Of a DNA stretch of 32,930 nucleotides, positions 9,681 to 18,917 are shown in pieces. Within the stretch, counting starts at the first letter, position 1; every line of letters begins with the position of its first letter. This DNA comes from a virus (lineage: Duplodnaviria; Caudoviricetes), in IMG/VR virus record IMGVR_UViG_3300032272_000048, positions 1 through 32,930 of that record; one strand, written 5' to 3'. A program made the translations under genes and the position numbers. Under the pieces are notes generated by a model. It ran no database searches. It was not told where the DNA came from and saw only the letters and a list, made by a program, of their open reading frames with translations.

Positions 9681-10112
9681 TTACGCACCGGTGACGTTAG
9701 TCTGGACACCCATTGTGATACCGGCTGTAATTTTACCAGCTGATGGTCCTGTACCGACAACCACATATTCCAAACCCAGGAATTGCTCAACAATGCCATT
9801 CGGCAAAAAGTCAAGGTTCAACTGTTTACCGACAACCAAATCTGCAAGTGCAATAGTCTGGCTGGCGATGGTTGTACCCAAAGCTGTAGTCGAACCAGTT
9901 GAAAGTTTAACTTCAAGTGTGGTCAGGTTATCAAAGGCTTCAGTGACCTGGGCCAGCAAAGGAATTTTCGCACCCTTGCCGATGTCCTGATTAAGTGCTG
10001 CTGCTGCACCGAAAGGTGTACCCGGTAAACCCAGGTCGATGACGTTCGTAGAATCAGCAGAAGCTGTGATAGCCTGATCATCTGAGAACAATTGTTGTGC
10101 TGATAAAATCAT
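9681..10112 (-). CDS. Capsid cement protein (Bbp16-like)
   Basis: 143 aa, MILSAQQLFSDDQAITASADSTNVIDLG...GKITAGI, immediately after the major capsid gene. Confidence 0.85.
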   Translation of the reverse strand: MILSAQQLFSDDQAITASADSTNVIDLGLPGTPFGAAAALNQDIGKGAKIPLLAQVTEAFDNLTTLEVKLSTGSTTALGTTIASQTIALADLVVGKQLNLDFLPNGIVEQFLGLEYVVVGTGPSAGKITAGITMGVQTNVTGA

Positions 10113-10133
10113 TTTACTTTCTCCAAAATAATT

Positions 10134-10170
10134 AAAAAAGAAACGGGTGAATTTAGATTCTTCACCCGTT
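10134..10170 (-). terminator. Intrinsic terminator after the major capsid gene
   Basis: 10 bp stem AACGGGTGAA (10142-10151) / TTCACCCGTT (10161-10170) followed by a U-rich tract on the - strand. Confidence 0.8.
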
Positions 10171-10178
10171 GCTGGTTT

Positions 10179-11177
10179 TTAGACTACACGAGCCTCAGTG
10201 TTGATGATTGCATCAGTTTCACGAACTGGAATGCCTCGGTAACTTGAAACTTCTTTACCTTCAATTTCAGTGTGACGTAGACGAACAAAACTGTCACTGG
10301 CACCGGCGTTTGTCGCGAGTGCATCAAGAGCTTCAAGCACATCCCGGTTACAGTAGATACAAATCTTACCACCGGCGACACGTCGATTCTGAAGCTTGTA
10401 ATAACCTTTTCGGAAAAAGTCATAAAGAGCGACTGAACCTGCTTGCATCAGAGAAACGTCGATATTAGCGACTCGAACCACATAACGCCAATCTTTCACA
10501 TACATACCAAGGTGCCATGTGAATTTCTCTTCCATCGCATAGTAAGCATTTCCAGCATCATCAAGGACACGCTGTCGTCCCATGTCTTCACGCTGTACAC
10601 CGGCTTGTGTACCTTTTGGATAAAGCAGGCCACATTGATTATCACCCCAGGTAACGAACCAGGCTGATGTGTTATCCGAGCCTGTTCCACCGGCGTCGAT
10701 AATTTGATTACCGTTCGACGCAGATAAATCATTGAAGCGCGGTGCAAGACCCATGAATTCTTCAGGGTCAGATGCAGAGTTACCGTAGATCATTTTACTC
10801 TGCGCTTCGATAGACATCGCTTCGAGATACGCCATCGCTTCAGACAAACGAACAGCACCTTCGTTGGTTGACAGTTTGAGTAACCGTTCATCAATTGTAC
10901 TCAGACCTTCCACGAAACCAGTGGTATCTTCAACCTGAGTAGTCCGACCCTTACTGTTCGGAATACCCTGGTAAAGCTTACCCCAGGTGACAGTCGGTAG
11001 ACCTGCGCGAACGGTGTGCAAGTGGGTTGTACCTTTGTTACATTCGACCGCAATGGCGTCGTCTAACATCGGTGTCAGTTCCATCAAGATTTCGATCACA
11101 GGGTTGAACTGACCGCGACCATCTTGAAGTTTGTAAACGTCGATCAGATCGACAAATGTATTTCCTAAAGTTGCCAT
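10179..11177 (-). CDS. Major capsid protein (BPP-1 Bbp17 / epsilon15 gp7-like)
   Basis: 332 aa with TVRAGLPTVTWGKLYQG, FMGLAPRF, DWRYVVRVANID and GIPVRETDAIINTEARVV. Confidence 0.93.
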   Translation of the reverse strand: MATLGNTFVDLIDVYKLQDGRGQFNPVIEILMELTPMLDDAIAVECNKGTTHLHTVRAGLPTVTWGKLYQGIPNSKGRTTQVEDTTGFVEGLSTIDERLLKLSTNEGAVRLSEAMAYLEAMSIEAQSKMIYGNSASDPEEFMGLAPRFNDLSASNGNQIIDAGGTGSDNTSAWFVTWGDNQCGLLYPKGTQAGVQREDMGRQRVLDDAGNAYYAMEEKFTWHLGMYVKDWRYVVRVANIDVSLMQAGSVALYDFFRKGYYKLQNRRVAGGKICIYCNRDVLEALDALATNAGASDSFVRLRHTEIEGKEVSSYRGIPVRETDAIINTEARVV

Positions 11178-11179
11178 GA

Positions 11180-11818
11180 TTATTTAGCCTCAGTTGTTCT
11201 AGCGTTTGGATAAAGTAACGAAATGGTGTCGTTAGCAGCATCTTTTTTGCCACCTGGAACACCTGGACCATCTTCTTTCAAAGTTGATCCAACACGAAAC
11301 ATGAAACGAACAAGTTCAGGGTGACTACCTACCCCGTATTCATTCAGTAAGTTTTTCAATTCTGGCGTACCAAATTTGTTGATAGCAAGCTGTGCAACTT
11401 TTGCATTTTCTTCAAATGCATCGCCGCCAAATTCTTTGTCGCTGGCTGATTGGGTATGCCATTCTTTCACCGTATTATCGAAAGCTTCATTTTGCGCTGT
11501 GACTGATGCTGTAATTTCATTTGCACGGATGTCCACCAATTTTTGCGCTTGTTCCTGTGTCAAACCCAGTTCTTGCATAACGGGTGAATAGGTGTCAAGT
11601 GCAACTTGATCAGTGGTCATTCCTTCAGGCAAAGTGAAATCGGCATAGGCTTCAGGTGCTGGTGTCGCATCGGGGTTAGGTGTTACATCGGGATCAGGTG
11701 CTGGCGTCGCATCTGGATCGGGATTCGTTAAAATTGTACCTGCATCAGGTGCTGGAGTTGCATCAGGTGCTGGAGTTGCATCAGGTGCTGGAGTTACTGG
11801 AGTTAGTGGATCAGCCAT
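11180..11818 (-). CDS. Capsid assembly scaffolding protein
   Basis: Pro/Asp-rich N-terminus, ELGLTQEQAQKLVD, GSHPELVRFMFRVG; directly upstream of the capsid gene. Start may be 11818 or 11824. Confidence 0.85.
   Translation of the reverse strand: MADPLTPVTPAPDATPAPDATPAPDAGTILTNPDPDATPAPDPDVTPNPDATPAPEAYADFTLPEGMTTDQVALDTYSPVMQELGLTQEQAQKLVDIRANEITASVTAQNEAFDNTVKEWHTQSASDKEFGGDAFEENAKVAQLAINKFGTPELKNLLNEYGVGSHPELVRFMFRVGSTLKEDGPGVPGGKKDAANDTISLLYPNARTTEAK
11655..11795. repeat. Degenerate 18 bp coding tandem repeat (PDATPA) in the scaffold
   Basis: TCAGGTGCTGGAGTTGCA-type units, near-perfect at 11742-11795 and degenerate to about 11655. Confidence 0.8.
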
Positions 11819-12080
11819 TTTCAATATTCTCAGTTAACATTTTCAAGTAATTAGCCGGTGAAACTTCTCGAACCATCCGGTGTAAACTCAGACCCGCTTC
11901 GCGTTGCCCACTGTTAAAGGCGTTTTGATAAGGGTCAATTTCAAACATAGTCTCAAAAACACCACACTTTTGCAACTGTCTCCAGATGAAATGACGACCA
12001 TCAGTGGTGTTCATAGTGTTAAATGCACCTAATTGCTCAGAATCAAGCGGTTTTTGATGATTTGAATTTGTATTCGACAT
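11811..12080 (-). CDS. Bbp19-like small head protein
   Basis: TDGRHFIWRQL...AFNSGQREAGL motif; lies between portal and scaffold. Confidence 0.75.
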   Translation of the reverse strand: MSNTNSNHQKPLDSEQLGAFNTMNTTDGRHFIWRQLQKCGVFETMFEIDPYQNAFNSGQREAGLSLHRMVREVSPANYLKMLTENIENG

Positions 12081-13738
12081 TATAGATTGGCCACTGCACC
12101 CAGTGCTGAATCCTCATTCAACTCAGTTTCAGATGCTGTTTTAGCAATACCGGCGATCTGCTCACCTGCTGCAATCTGCTGTGCCATTCTCAATTGTTCA
12201 GCTTCAGCTTCAGCCGATGCATTGGCATCTTCATCACTGACAATGACAGCCGGAGTTACACCGAGTGCATCAGCATATTCATCAATACTCTGGTTGATAT
12301 TAATTTTGTGCCTGGCGTTCGGCCAAATAGCAGCAGCATTAGCAGCAAAACCAGTGATACGATCAATGGCATCAGTGTTCACTAACCGTTGTGCTTGTGC
12401 CAATACAGATACATATTCGACATTCAACTCAGTCTGTTTCAATTCCGGAGGCGGAGGCGGGAATATCCCGTTCCTTTGAGCTATGTTAAAAGTTCGATCA
12501 ATAAAAGGATCAAGCAACTCAGTGTGTAAACGCTCAAGCACTGGTCCCAACATCAACAATTTTTCTTCATGTTTTTCTGCGACCTCACGCGCTGTGATCT
12601 GGCGTCGATCAGAATTAGCGAGCATTAAGAAAAGGTCTTCATAGAATGACCGCTTGATACGATCTTCCACATTTAAAATTTCAGCATTGATGACATCAAT
12701 TCTAGGATTGTGATTACCATAGATTGATTCAATTTTGCCTTTGGTATCAAACCATAATGTCTCACCGGCGCGAGGTGTATTACCTTTCATCTGAGCCTTC
12801 ATCCCAACAGGACCCTGTGTCGGTGGACTAACTAAAATGTCGATGGCCTGGTACTTTCTTTTTTCAGCAAGTTGTAAAGCTTTGGTGTCACCGAGTGCAG
12901 TCATACCCGGGCAATCCGTTGCATAGACATCTTCACTGGTGACATCCCATCGCGGCGACATTATTGCAAATTCATCAAACCCGGATTCACGTAAAAATTT
13001 ATCTTTACCTGCCTGGTTACCTGCTTTTGATTCGTAGTAAACAGATCTAAATAATTTATCTTTCGCCATCGGACTATTACTGTCTCGATCGTCATTGGGT
13101 TCGATGACATGAACAATATCAATCCATGCTTCAGTGTTTCCGTCATCCCAATGTTTTTGAACCTGATCACTGCAATTTTCTTTGCCAAATTGTTTAACAA
13201 CCTGACCAACTGACAATTGATACTCCCTGTAAAAACTATCGCAGACATTCTTACCGTTCATCGCGAGAAAGTAGCTACCAACAGTATATGGCCTACACCA
13301 AATTACATTCTCGAAATCTTTGAATACGCCGAGCGAAGCAGTACCAAAAACACCGAGTTCAGAATAGATTTGATGCAATGCGTTATAAGCATTTGATGAA
13401 GCGAATATCTGATACATGATTGTCTGAACTTCATGCAACCAGGTCTTAACTGATGTTATGTCATCCAATTTAGAATCACCGGAGCTCAGTCTGAACCAGG
13501 GACGCGCTGGTGACGTGATACCGGACATCATACCGGATGCCAATGTGCGAACAGATAAACGACTGGTGTTATTGATCTGCTTTGTGTTTCGCTTGTATCC
13601 CTTGTTTCGATCAGTTATCAGAAACCGACCACGATGCGCCAGATGGTAATCTGACAACTCCCCGTACAAATGTATGAAGCTCGAACGCTCGGAACGTAAA
13701 GCCTTCAGTCGTTTGTTGTAACTTCTAATTGTTGGCAT
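12080..13738 (-). CDS. Portal (head-to-tail connector) protein
   Basis: 552 aa with LASGMMSGITSPARPWF, TAREVAEKHEEKLLMLGPVLERL and VEYVSVLAQAQ. Confidence 0.95.
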   Translation of the reverse strand: MPTIRSYNKRLKALRSERSSFIHLYGELSDYHLAHRGRFLITDRNKGYKRNTKQINNTSRLSVRTLASGMMSGITSPARPWFRLSSGDSKLDDITSVKTWLHEVQTIMYQIFASSNAYNALHQIYSELGVFGTASLGVFKDFENVIWCRPYTVGSYFLAMNGKNVCDSFYREYQLSVGQVVKQFGKENCSDQVQKHWDDGNTEAWIDIVHVIEPNDDRDSNSPMAKDKLFRSVYYESKAGNQAGKDKFLRESGFDEFAIMSPRWDVTSEDVYATDCPGMTALGDTKALQLAEKRKYQAIDILVSPPTQGPVGMKAQMKGNTPRAGETLWFDTKGKIESIYGNHNPRIDVINAEILNVEDRIKRSFYEDLFLMLANSDRRQITAREVAEKHEEKLLMLGPVLERLHTELLDPFIDRTFNIAQRNGIFPPPPPELKQTELNVEYVSVLAQAQRLVNTDAIDRITGFAANAAAIWPNARHKININQSIDEYADALGVTPAVIVSDEDANASAEAEAEQLRMAQQIAAGEQIAGIAKTASETELNEDSALGAVANL

Positions 13739-13747
13739 GATTATCCT

Positions 13748-14791
13748 TTAGTTCGCAACTAATACTATTTCAAAATCAACAGTAGCCACAGTTGATGTGG
13801 CACCTTTGACCATCCAACCGATGTCGGTTAACTCATTAAACTTCTGACCACCTTTGAATTCTCCTGAGTGCTCACCTTTTACACCAACGGTTTCAACAAC
13901 AACTCTCATGATACCCGTATAAGGTGCAGCAATTTCCAGTATCGAGTCTCGTTGAAAAAACAAAAAGTCCACAGGTTTTCCGCTATCGGTCGTTAGTACG
14001 TAGCTGTACACATAGGCAGTGAAACCCAGAGGCACAGTATATGCAGCAATCTGACTCTGACCTCTAGGGAAGTTTGCCGAAGCAGCAGCGCCATCTATCA
14101 CAGCCCAGTCACCGCCACCTGTTTCTTCGACTACAATAGGGCCTTGGTGTGATCCTGATATTTGATTGGCATAAGTACCTGACGTTTCTACATGCATTCG
14201 GAAAATTCTAATGAAATCAACAATACCATCAACACCGGCTAAAGTACCATCGGTTGCATGTGGTAGTAGTATTTCTGTCGCAGGTGACCCATCAACAGAG
14301 ATACCGTCAACACGAACAGATCGAGCACCTGTACCGTTTTGGTTGTCTTGAATATGGCCACCGGCTTTGATTCTCAGCTTCACGGGTGAATCAGCTTGTG
14401 GTGTTGGCCACACCGAGCCATGCGCCAAAGGTGTGTAGTCCGTAATAACTTCATCAGCCTTACCAAATTTATGAACTAATGAATGACCCTCAATTTCCCC
14501 TTCAGCTATGGCGTGAAAATAATCACCGAGTATCACTATCGGAGTCTCACTGACAATCAGTGACGACTGATCGGTGACAGCTAATGCCCAGATATTTGTA
14601 TCGATTGAATTCAAATGAAGCGGTGCATCCTTACCACTGAGTGTATGGAATACCGAATTCCCTTTAGCCGGTTGAGTCAAGCTGATTGTAATACGCACTT
14701 CATCACGATGCGCTTGCAGCATCATTGGCCCGAACCCAATATTGACTTTCACATACTGGGTCGTATCCAGATTGACAGATACCGTTGGCAT
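13748..14791 (-). CDS. Putative accessory virion protein (beta-rich, 347 aa)
   Basis: Motifs IAEGEIEGHSLVHKFG, GARSVRVDG and GQSQIAAYTVP; co-oriented within the head operon. Function is inferred. Confidence 0.6.
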   Translation of the reverse strand: MPTVSVNLDTTQYVKVNIGFGPMMLQAHRDEVRITISLTQPAKGNSVFHTLSGKDAPLHLNSIDTNIWALAVTDQSSLIVSETPIVILGDYFHAIAEGEIEGHSLVHKFGKADEVITDYTPLAHGSVWPTPQADSPVKLRIKAGGHIQDNQNGTGARSVRVDGISVDGSPATEILLPHATDGTLAGVDGIVDFIRIFRMHVETSGTYANQISGSHQGPIVVEETGGGDWAVIDGAAASANFPRGQSQIAAYTVPLGFTAYVYSYVLTTDSGKPVDFLFFQRDSILEIAAPYTGIMRVVVETVGVKGEHSGEFKGGQKFNELTDIGWMVKGATSTVATVDFEIVLVAN

Positions 14792-14792
14792 A

Positions 14793-15011
14793 TTACTGAC
14801 CTAAAAGAGTCTTGACAGCAGTGGCACCTGAACTTTGAACACCGCGCGAACTGGTCAATATTGTACTTCGACTCGATCCACCAGAAGCTGCTGCACGACG
14901 ACGTTTGTCACGATCACTGACATCACCTGTATTGGTTTGAACAGGTGCTTCAGCAGCTTCTGGTGCTTTCGCAGGTGGTGGTGGCGCTTTTGGTGATGAA
15001 CTTAAACACAT
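14793..15011 (-). CDS. Small pre-portal protein (72 aa)
   Basis: MCLSSSPKAPPPP...STILT...KTLLGQ, the typical small gene ahead of BPP-1-like portals. ATG 15011 preferred over the track start 15107, which overlaps terL. Confidence 0.75.
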   Translation of the reverse strand: MCLSSSPKAPPPPAKAPEAAEAPVQTNTGDVSDRDKRRRAAASGGSSRSTILTSSRGVQSSGATAVKTLLGQ

Positions 15012-15043
15012 TTCTGGATACCTTTTTTTCATGAAATAATCAA

Positions 15044-15054
15044 ATACTATCACA
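15044..15054 (-). promoter_or_regulatory. Possible extended -10 promoter for the head/tail genes
   Basis: TGTGATAGTAT on the - strand just after the terL stop. Same TGTGATA core as the elements at 20754-20764 and 21043-21053. Confidence 0.45.
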
Positions 15055-16617
15055 TCAATGAACAGAATCCATACAATCAAGAGGATTATAATCACTGAGT
15101 TTTTCATTGCTTCGTATGGATAAAGCAGCGTCGAGTTGACCCCGAGGTGATTCTAACAACGGTACTGGCATTGCGAATGTCAAATATAATGCATCGGCCC
15201 AATCCGGCGAAACACCGATTCGTTTCTTCATGTCCTTCTTACGTTCTAGCACCAGCTGATCTTTATCATTGTGCCAATAATCACGCGCAGTCAACTGTTC
15301 TTCAAGATCAATATGATCAGGTATTGATCCACCATTCATCAACCAAGTGCGACACCTGGAACCCATTTCAGCAGTTCGACTTTTGTAATGCAGTTCATCA
15401 TCAGCATTCTCACCGAAACCGACACCAATGACATGATATCCGAGTTGAACCAGTCGATCAGCCATGGGTCCACCGATACCAGTTTCATCAAGAAAAGTTA
15501 CATCAGGCTTATGTCGATCGAGGATCATAGTGATCATCGATATTACTTTCATTGAGTCACGTGACTTTTCACCGGATATCTTGTAAACCTTCTCAGATTT
15601 AGCATCGTTACCACGACGAAATTGAATGTAACAGTAATCATCGCCGCCGCGTGCAACATCAATCCCACAGATCAAAGGATCATTGCCCATGTATAAACCA
15701 GGACCCCGTTTCTGTGCATCAAACACATCATCGGAAGGTATGAACTGCATATCACCGGCTCGAGGGAACTTGCCCAACACACGCACTCTGAAGAAGTCAG
15801 AATCTTCACCCCAGTCTTTCAACCATTGTGCAATCAATCGTTTGTTGGTCATCTTCGCAGTGCGACTGTCAATTTGCCTGGTCGACCAACGATGTGATTG
15901 TTTGGTGAAGCATTCTCTGAATTTACCGGTGTTCCTGGTCGGGTTACCAAACACAAAAAACATAGGTTCACCGTCTGTCAATCCACCTTCTGCAACTTCC
16001 CATATTGAATCAGGTACAGCACTGGCTTCATCGAAGATATAAAATGGTGTGGAGTTGGCAGCATGTAGCCCGGCGAATGCTTCAGAGTTTTCTTCACGAC
16101 ATGTCTGAGCATCAACACGCCACGATTCAGGCCACGATTTATGATACAGCGACATCGAAGCACGGCCATTATTATATTCGAACCAGTGACCGACAATGCA
16201 TCGACTGCGCCACTTACCGAGTTCACCCCAGGTTTTAGTTCGAAGCTGATCAGATGTGTTCGCTGTGACGATACCTTTCGCGTGTGGCCGGGTTGACATG
16301 ATCCACAGAATGATCCAGGCAGTTAATGCAGATTTACCAATACCATGACCAGATGCAGTTGATTCCCTGATTGGATCAACAGGTTCGACACCATTGAACT
16401 TTCGATCGAGAACTTGTTTACCGATGTCCTCTAAAGTGTCACGTTGCCATTTGTCAGGGCCATCGAAACCCTCAAGGTCACCATAACCCCAGTCAAATGC
16501 CCACATGACCCAACCATAAGGGTTAGCGTAGAAACGGGAACATTCATCAGCAAGTACAAGATCCATGTGACCAGGTGCGTATTCGCCACTGGTCGTCATT
16601 GCCGATCTGATGGTCAT
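15055..16617 (-). CDS. terL: Terminase large subunit
   Basis: Walker A SGHGIGKS, Walker B IFDEAS, GNPT coupling motif, nuclease motifs GIDVARGGDD and SPDWADAL. Confidence 0.96.
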   Translation of the reverse strand: MTIRSAMTTSGEYAPGHMDLVLADECSRFYANPYGWVMWAFDWGYGDLEGFDGPDKWQRDTLEDIGKQVLDRKFNGVEPVDPIRESTASGHGIGKSALTAWIILWIMSTRPHAKGIVTANTSDQLRTKTWGELGKWRSRCIVGHWFEYNNGRASMSLYHKSWPESWRVDAQTCREENSEAFAGLHAANSTPFYIFDEASAVPDSIWEVAEGGLTDGEPMFFVFGNPTRNTGKFRECFTKQSHRWSTRQIDSRTAKMTNKRLIAQWLKDWGEDSDFFRVRVLGKFPRAGDMQFIPSDDVFDAQKRGPGLYMGNDPLICGIDVARGGDDYCYIQFRRGNDAKSEKVYKISGEKSRDSMKVISMITMILDRHKPDVTFLDETGIGGPMADRLVQLGYHVIGVGFGENADDELHYKSRTAEMGSRCRTWLMNGGSIPDHIDLEEQLTARDYWHNDKDQLVLERKKDMKKRIGVSPDWADALYLTFAMPVPLLESPRGQLDAALSIRSNEKLSDYNPLDCMDSVH

Positions 16618-16623
16618 TGGAGT

Positions 16624-16905
16624 TTAGCCTTTACCGTAGACACCGACAGCAGCAGCAGTGACTGATTTGGATACCTGTATGTCGATAGGACCTTCGATGG
16701 TCATAGAATTATGAGTTGCAGTTAACTGTCGAATCACACCATCCTGATACAGGTCACCGGGCGTGACAACACCATCTTCAACTAATTGGAATGTGACGAC
16801 TTCAGCAGCAACCAGTTTACCTGATGAAACAGTATAACGTCTGTTAGGTCCAATGTTTAAAACCACTGCTGCTGCTGCTGTTTGTGCTGGGATTATTTCT
16901 TTCAT
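16624..16905 (-). CDS. Hypothetical beta-rich protein (93 aa)
   Basis: ATGA overlap with the upstream gene; fills the gap to terL. Confidence 0.7.
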   Translation of the reverse strand: MKEIIPAQTAAAAVVLNIGPNRRYTVSSGKLVAAEVVTFQLVEDGVVTPGDLYQDGVIRQLTATHNSMTIEGPIDIQVSKSVTAAAVGVYGKG

Positions 16906-18917
16906 GATAGTCTACCTATTAAATTTGAAATCATTTTTGATACTAATGGTTTTACAAATGACAGTGTTGGCGGGGTTACATCAGTGACGGGAATGACAAC
17001 TGTTTGCACGGCGCCGGTTGCCAGGCTTGTTTCATCCCAGTCTGTTTGATTCCAGTGACGAACTTTGAATTTGTAAGTGCCAGCAGGAGGACTACCACCT
17101 GTTGTGATAAAGCCTGTTGCAGATACGCTAACAGTGTAAACAGTTGGTGTTACGCCGTCCGACTCGTACAGAATTGAATCATAGTGGTACTGATCACCAG
17201 TGACTGGAGTCCCTGTAATTGCAATATGACCACCGGTTTCAACTGGCGAGGCCAACTCGACAACTGCTGTATCAGCTTCAGGGTTAAAAGTAATTACCAG
17301 CATATCGCTAGAAGCTGAATCATTAATAATTTCAACGGCAACTGCATGACTAGCAGTTGTAAACGGCACATTACCCTGAACCAAATCACCTTGTACTGAC
17401 ACATCAGACCAAGAATCAATTGTAAAATTCGAGGTAATTGATCCGTCTGTTAAGCGCATTACCCCAGTGCCTTGTGCAGCCTCGAAATTCGTACCTGTAG
17501 TAACTACATTTGATTGATTGTTTACAAGCGTTTCATCGGTATCAACATCGGTGATTGTCACAGCCGCTGAATCAGGATCAATCGTGAAACTACCTGTTAC
17601 TGCTAAATCCGTTCCACTGGTTGTCAGGATAGCGTTTGCAATATCGCCAATCGAAATAGTTTCTTGTGCTGTTATTGCATAAGCAGCTTCAGCGCCGAGT
17701 GTAATTGTTGCAACCGTGTTACTGGTTCTCACAAGATCAGCCGTTACGAAATTGGCTTTTACTTCTGCATCCCAGCCAGCCGCTTCCGCCTGGGCTGAGT
17801 CAATGGAAGCCAGCAACGCATCTGATTGAGCAATGGTACCAATCGGGCCTGTCCCTGCCGCGATAAACGTATCACCAGTCAGGGTGATGATTATAGTTTT
17901 ACCGCCTGTGACAATATCAGCTTCAACAATGCTTGCAGTTGCTGTACCGGATATTGCTGCACTGATTGAAGACTGATATTCATGCGCGCCAATATCCCAA
18001 CTTGACCGAGTGTTACCAGCCGCGTCGTAATCAAAAGCAAATATGCTGTCTGCTGATAAATCAGTAGCCGCTCCGATAGCATCTGTATCACCAGCGACTA
18101 ACCGGAAGTCTAAGTTCGCCGCGTCTTCAAAAATCAGGGATGCACTGTTAATACCGCCGCTATCGCTGTAAGACGTCGCCGTTGTGTCTTCGGATAGATT
18201 GGTGACACTGCCTGTTTCTGCACCGCCACCGGCATAATCAGAACCTGTATTATTGTAACTAAGGTGATTTTTAATCAATGCTTGTGAAGATAAATTCACT
18301 ATACCAGCATCGCCACCACCGTATGTATCGCAGTTATAAAGTACGTCACCAGCATTTATCGTGCCACCAGTTTGGAAACAATCATTCAGAGGATTAACAA
18401 AGACACAATTGACCCATATTCGCTGGTGTATGACTGTCGGGTTAGAGCAAAGGACTGCATAGGAAGAAGTACCACCGGTTCCAGTTACCTGCACTAAACA
18501 GTTTTCAAACCTGGCAAATTCAGTAGCGGCTAAATTAGATGCTAGTGCTTGCCTGGTGTTTGTCGTGCCATCATTCACTATCTGCACATTTTTAATAATA
18601 ACATCAGTGTCAACATTTACTTCATCGTTACCGCTCATTAGTAGACGATATTCATTGTCATTGTCGCCGTACCCTGAATAATCGCCGGTTACGGTTACGG
18701 TGTAAATGCCGACAGCGTAACCATCAAAAGTAACTGCCGTTGTATCATCTGCTACACCTTCACAGTTGATTATAATGTCTTCAGTCAGAGTTGCCGGGAT
18801 ATCCGCTACGGCTTCACTTAATGTTTTCCATGCGCTATCGGCACTACCATCTGTTTCGTTAGTAGTACCATCACCTGATGTGGAATTGTCAGTATTTACA
18901 TAGACCGTCTGAACCAT
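16902..18917 (-). CDS. Putative right-handed beta-helix plus Ig-like domain protein (671 aa)
   Basis: VYVNTD..SGDGT...AWKTLSEA cap, FENCLV/WVNCVF/YNCD rungs, closing DFRL...D.AGN.R..WDIGAHEY motif, then Thr/Ala/Asp-rich beta-sandwich-like segments. Confidence 0.65.
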   Translation of the reverse strand: MVQTVYVNTDNSTSGDGTTNETDGSADSAWKTLSEAVADIPATLTEDIIINCEGVADDTTAVTFDGYAVGIYTVTVTGDYSGYGDNDNEYRLLMSGNDEVNVDTDVIIKNVQIVNDGTTNTRQALASNLAATEFARFENCLVQVTGTGGTSSYAVLCSNPTVIHQRIWVNCVFVNPLNDCFQTGGTINAGDVLYNCDTYGGGDAGIVNLSSQALIKNHLSYNNTGSDYAGGGAETGSVTNLSEDTTATSYSDSGGINSASLIFEDAANLDFRLVAGDTDAIGAATDLSADSIFAFDYDAAGNTRSSWDIGAHEYQSSISAAISGTATASIVEADIVTGGKTIIITLTGDTFIAAGTGPIGTIAQSDALLASIDSAQAEAAGWDAEVKANFVTADLVRTSNTVATITLGAEAAYAITAQETISIGDIANAILTTSGTDLAVTGSFTIDPDSAAVTITDVDTDETLVNNQSNVVTTGTNFEAAQGTGVMRLTDGSITSNFTIDSWSDVSVQGDLVQGNVPFTTASHAVAVEIINDSASSDMLVITFNPEADTAVVELASPVETGGHIAITGTPVTGDQYHYDSILYESDGVTPTVYTVSVSATGFITTGGSPPAGTYKFKVRHWNQTDWDETSLATGAVQTVVIPVTDVTPPTLSFVKPLVSKMISNLIGRLS

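Noticed and set aside
15012-15107. Hydrophobic N-terminal extension of the pre-portal ORF
   Set aside because: It overlaps the terL end and a likely promoter. The MC...PPP start at 15011 has an AAGG RBS.
6013-16617. Diversity-generating retroelement, given the BPP-1-like structural genes
   Set aside because: No reverse transcriptase or TR/VR repeat pair was seen. The tail-fibre region probably lies outside the window.
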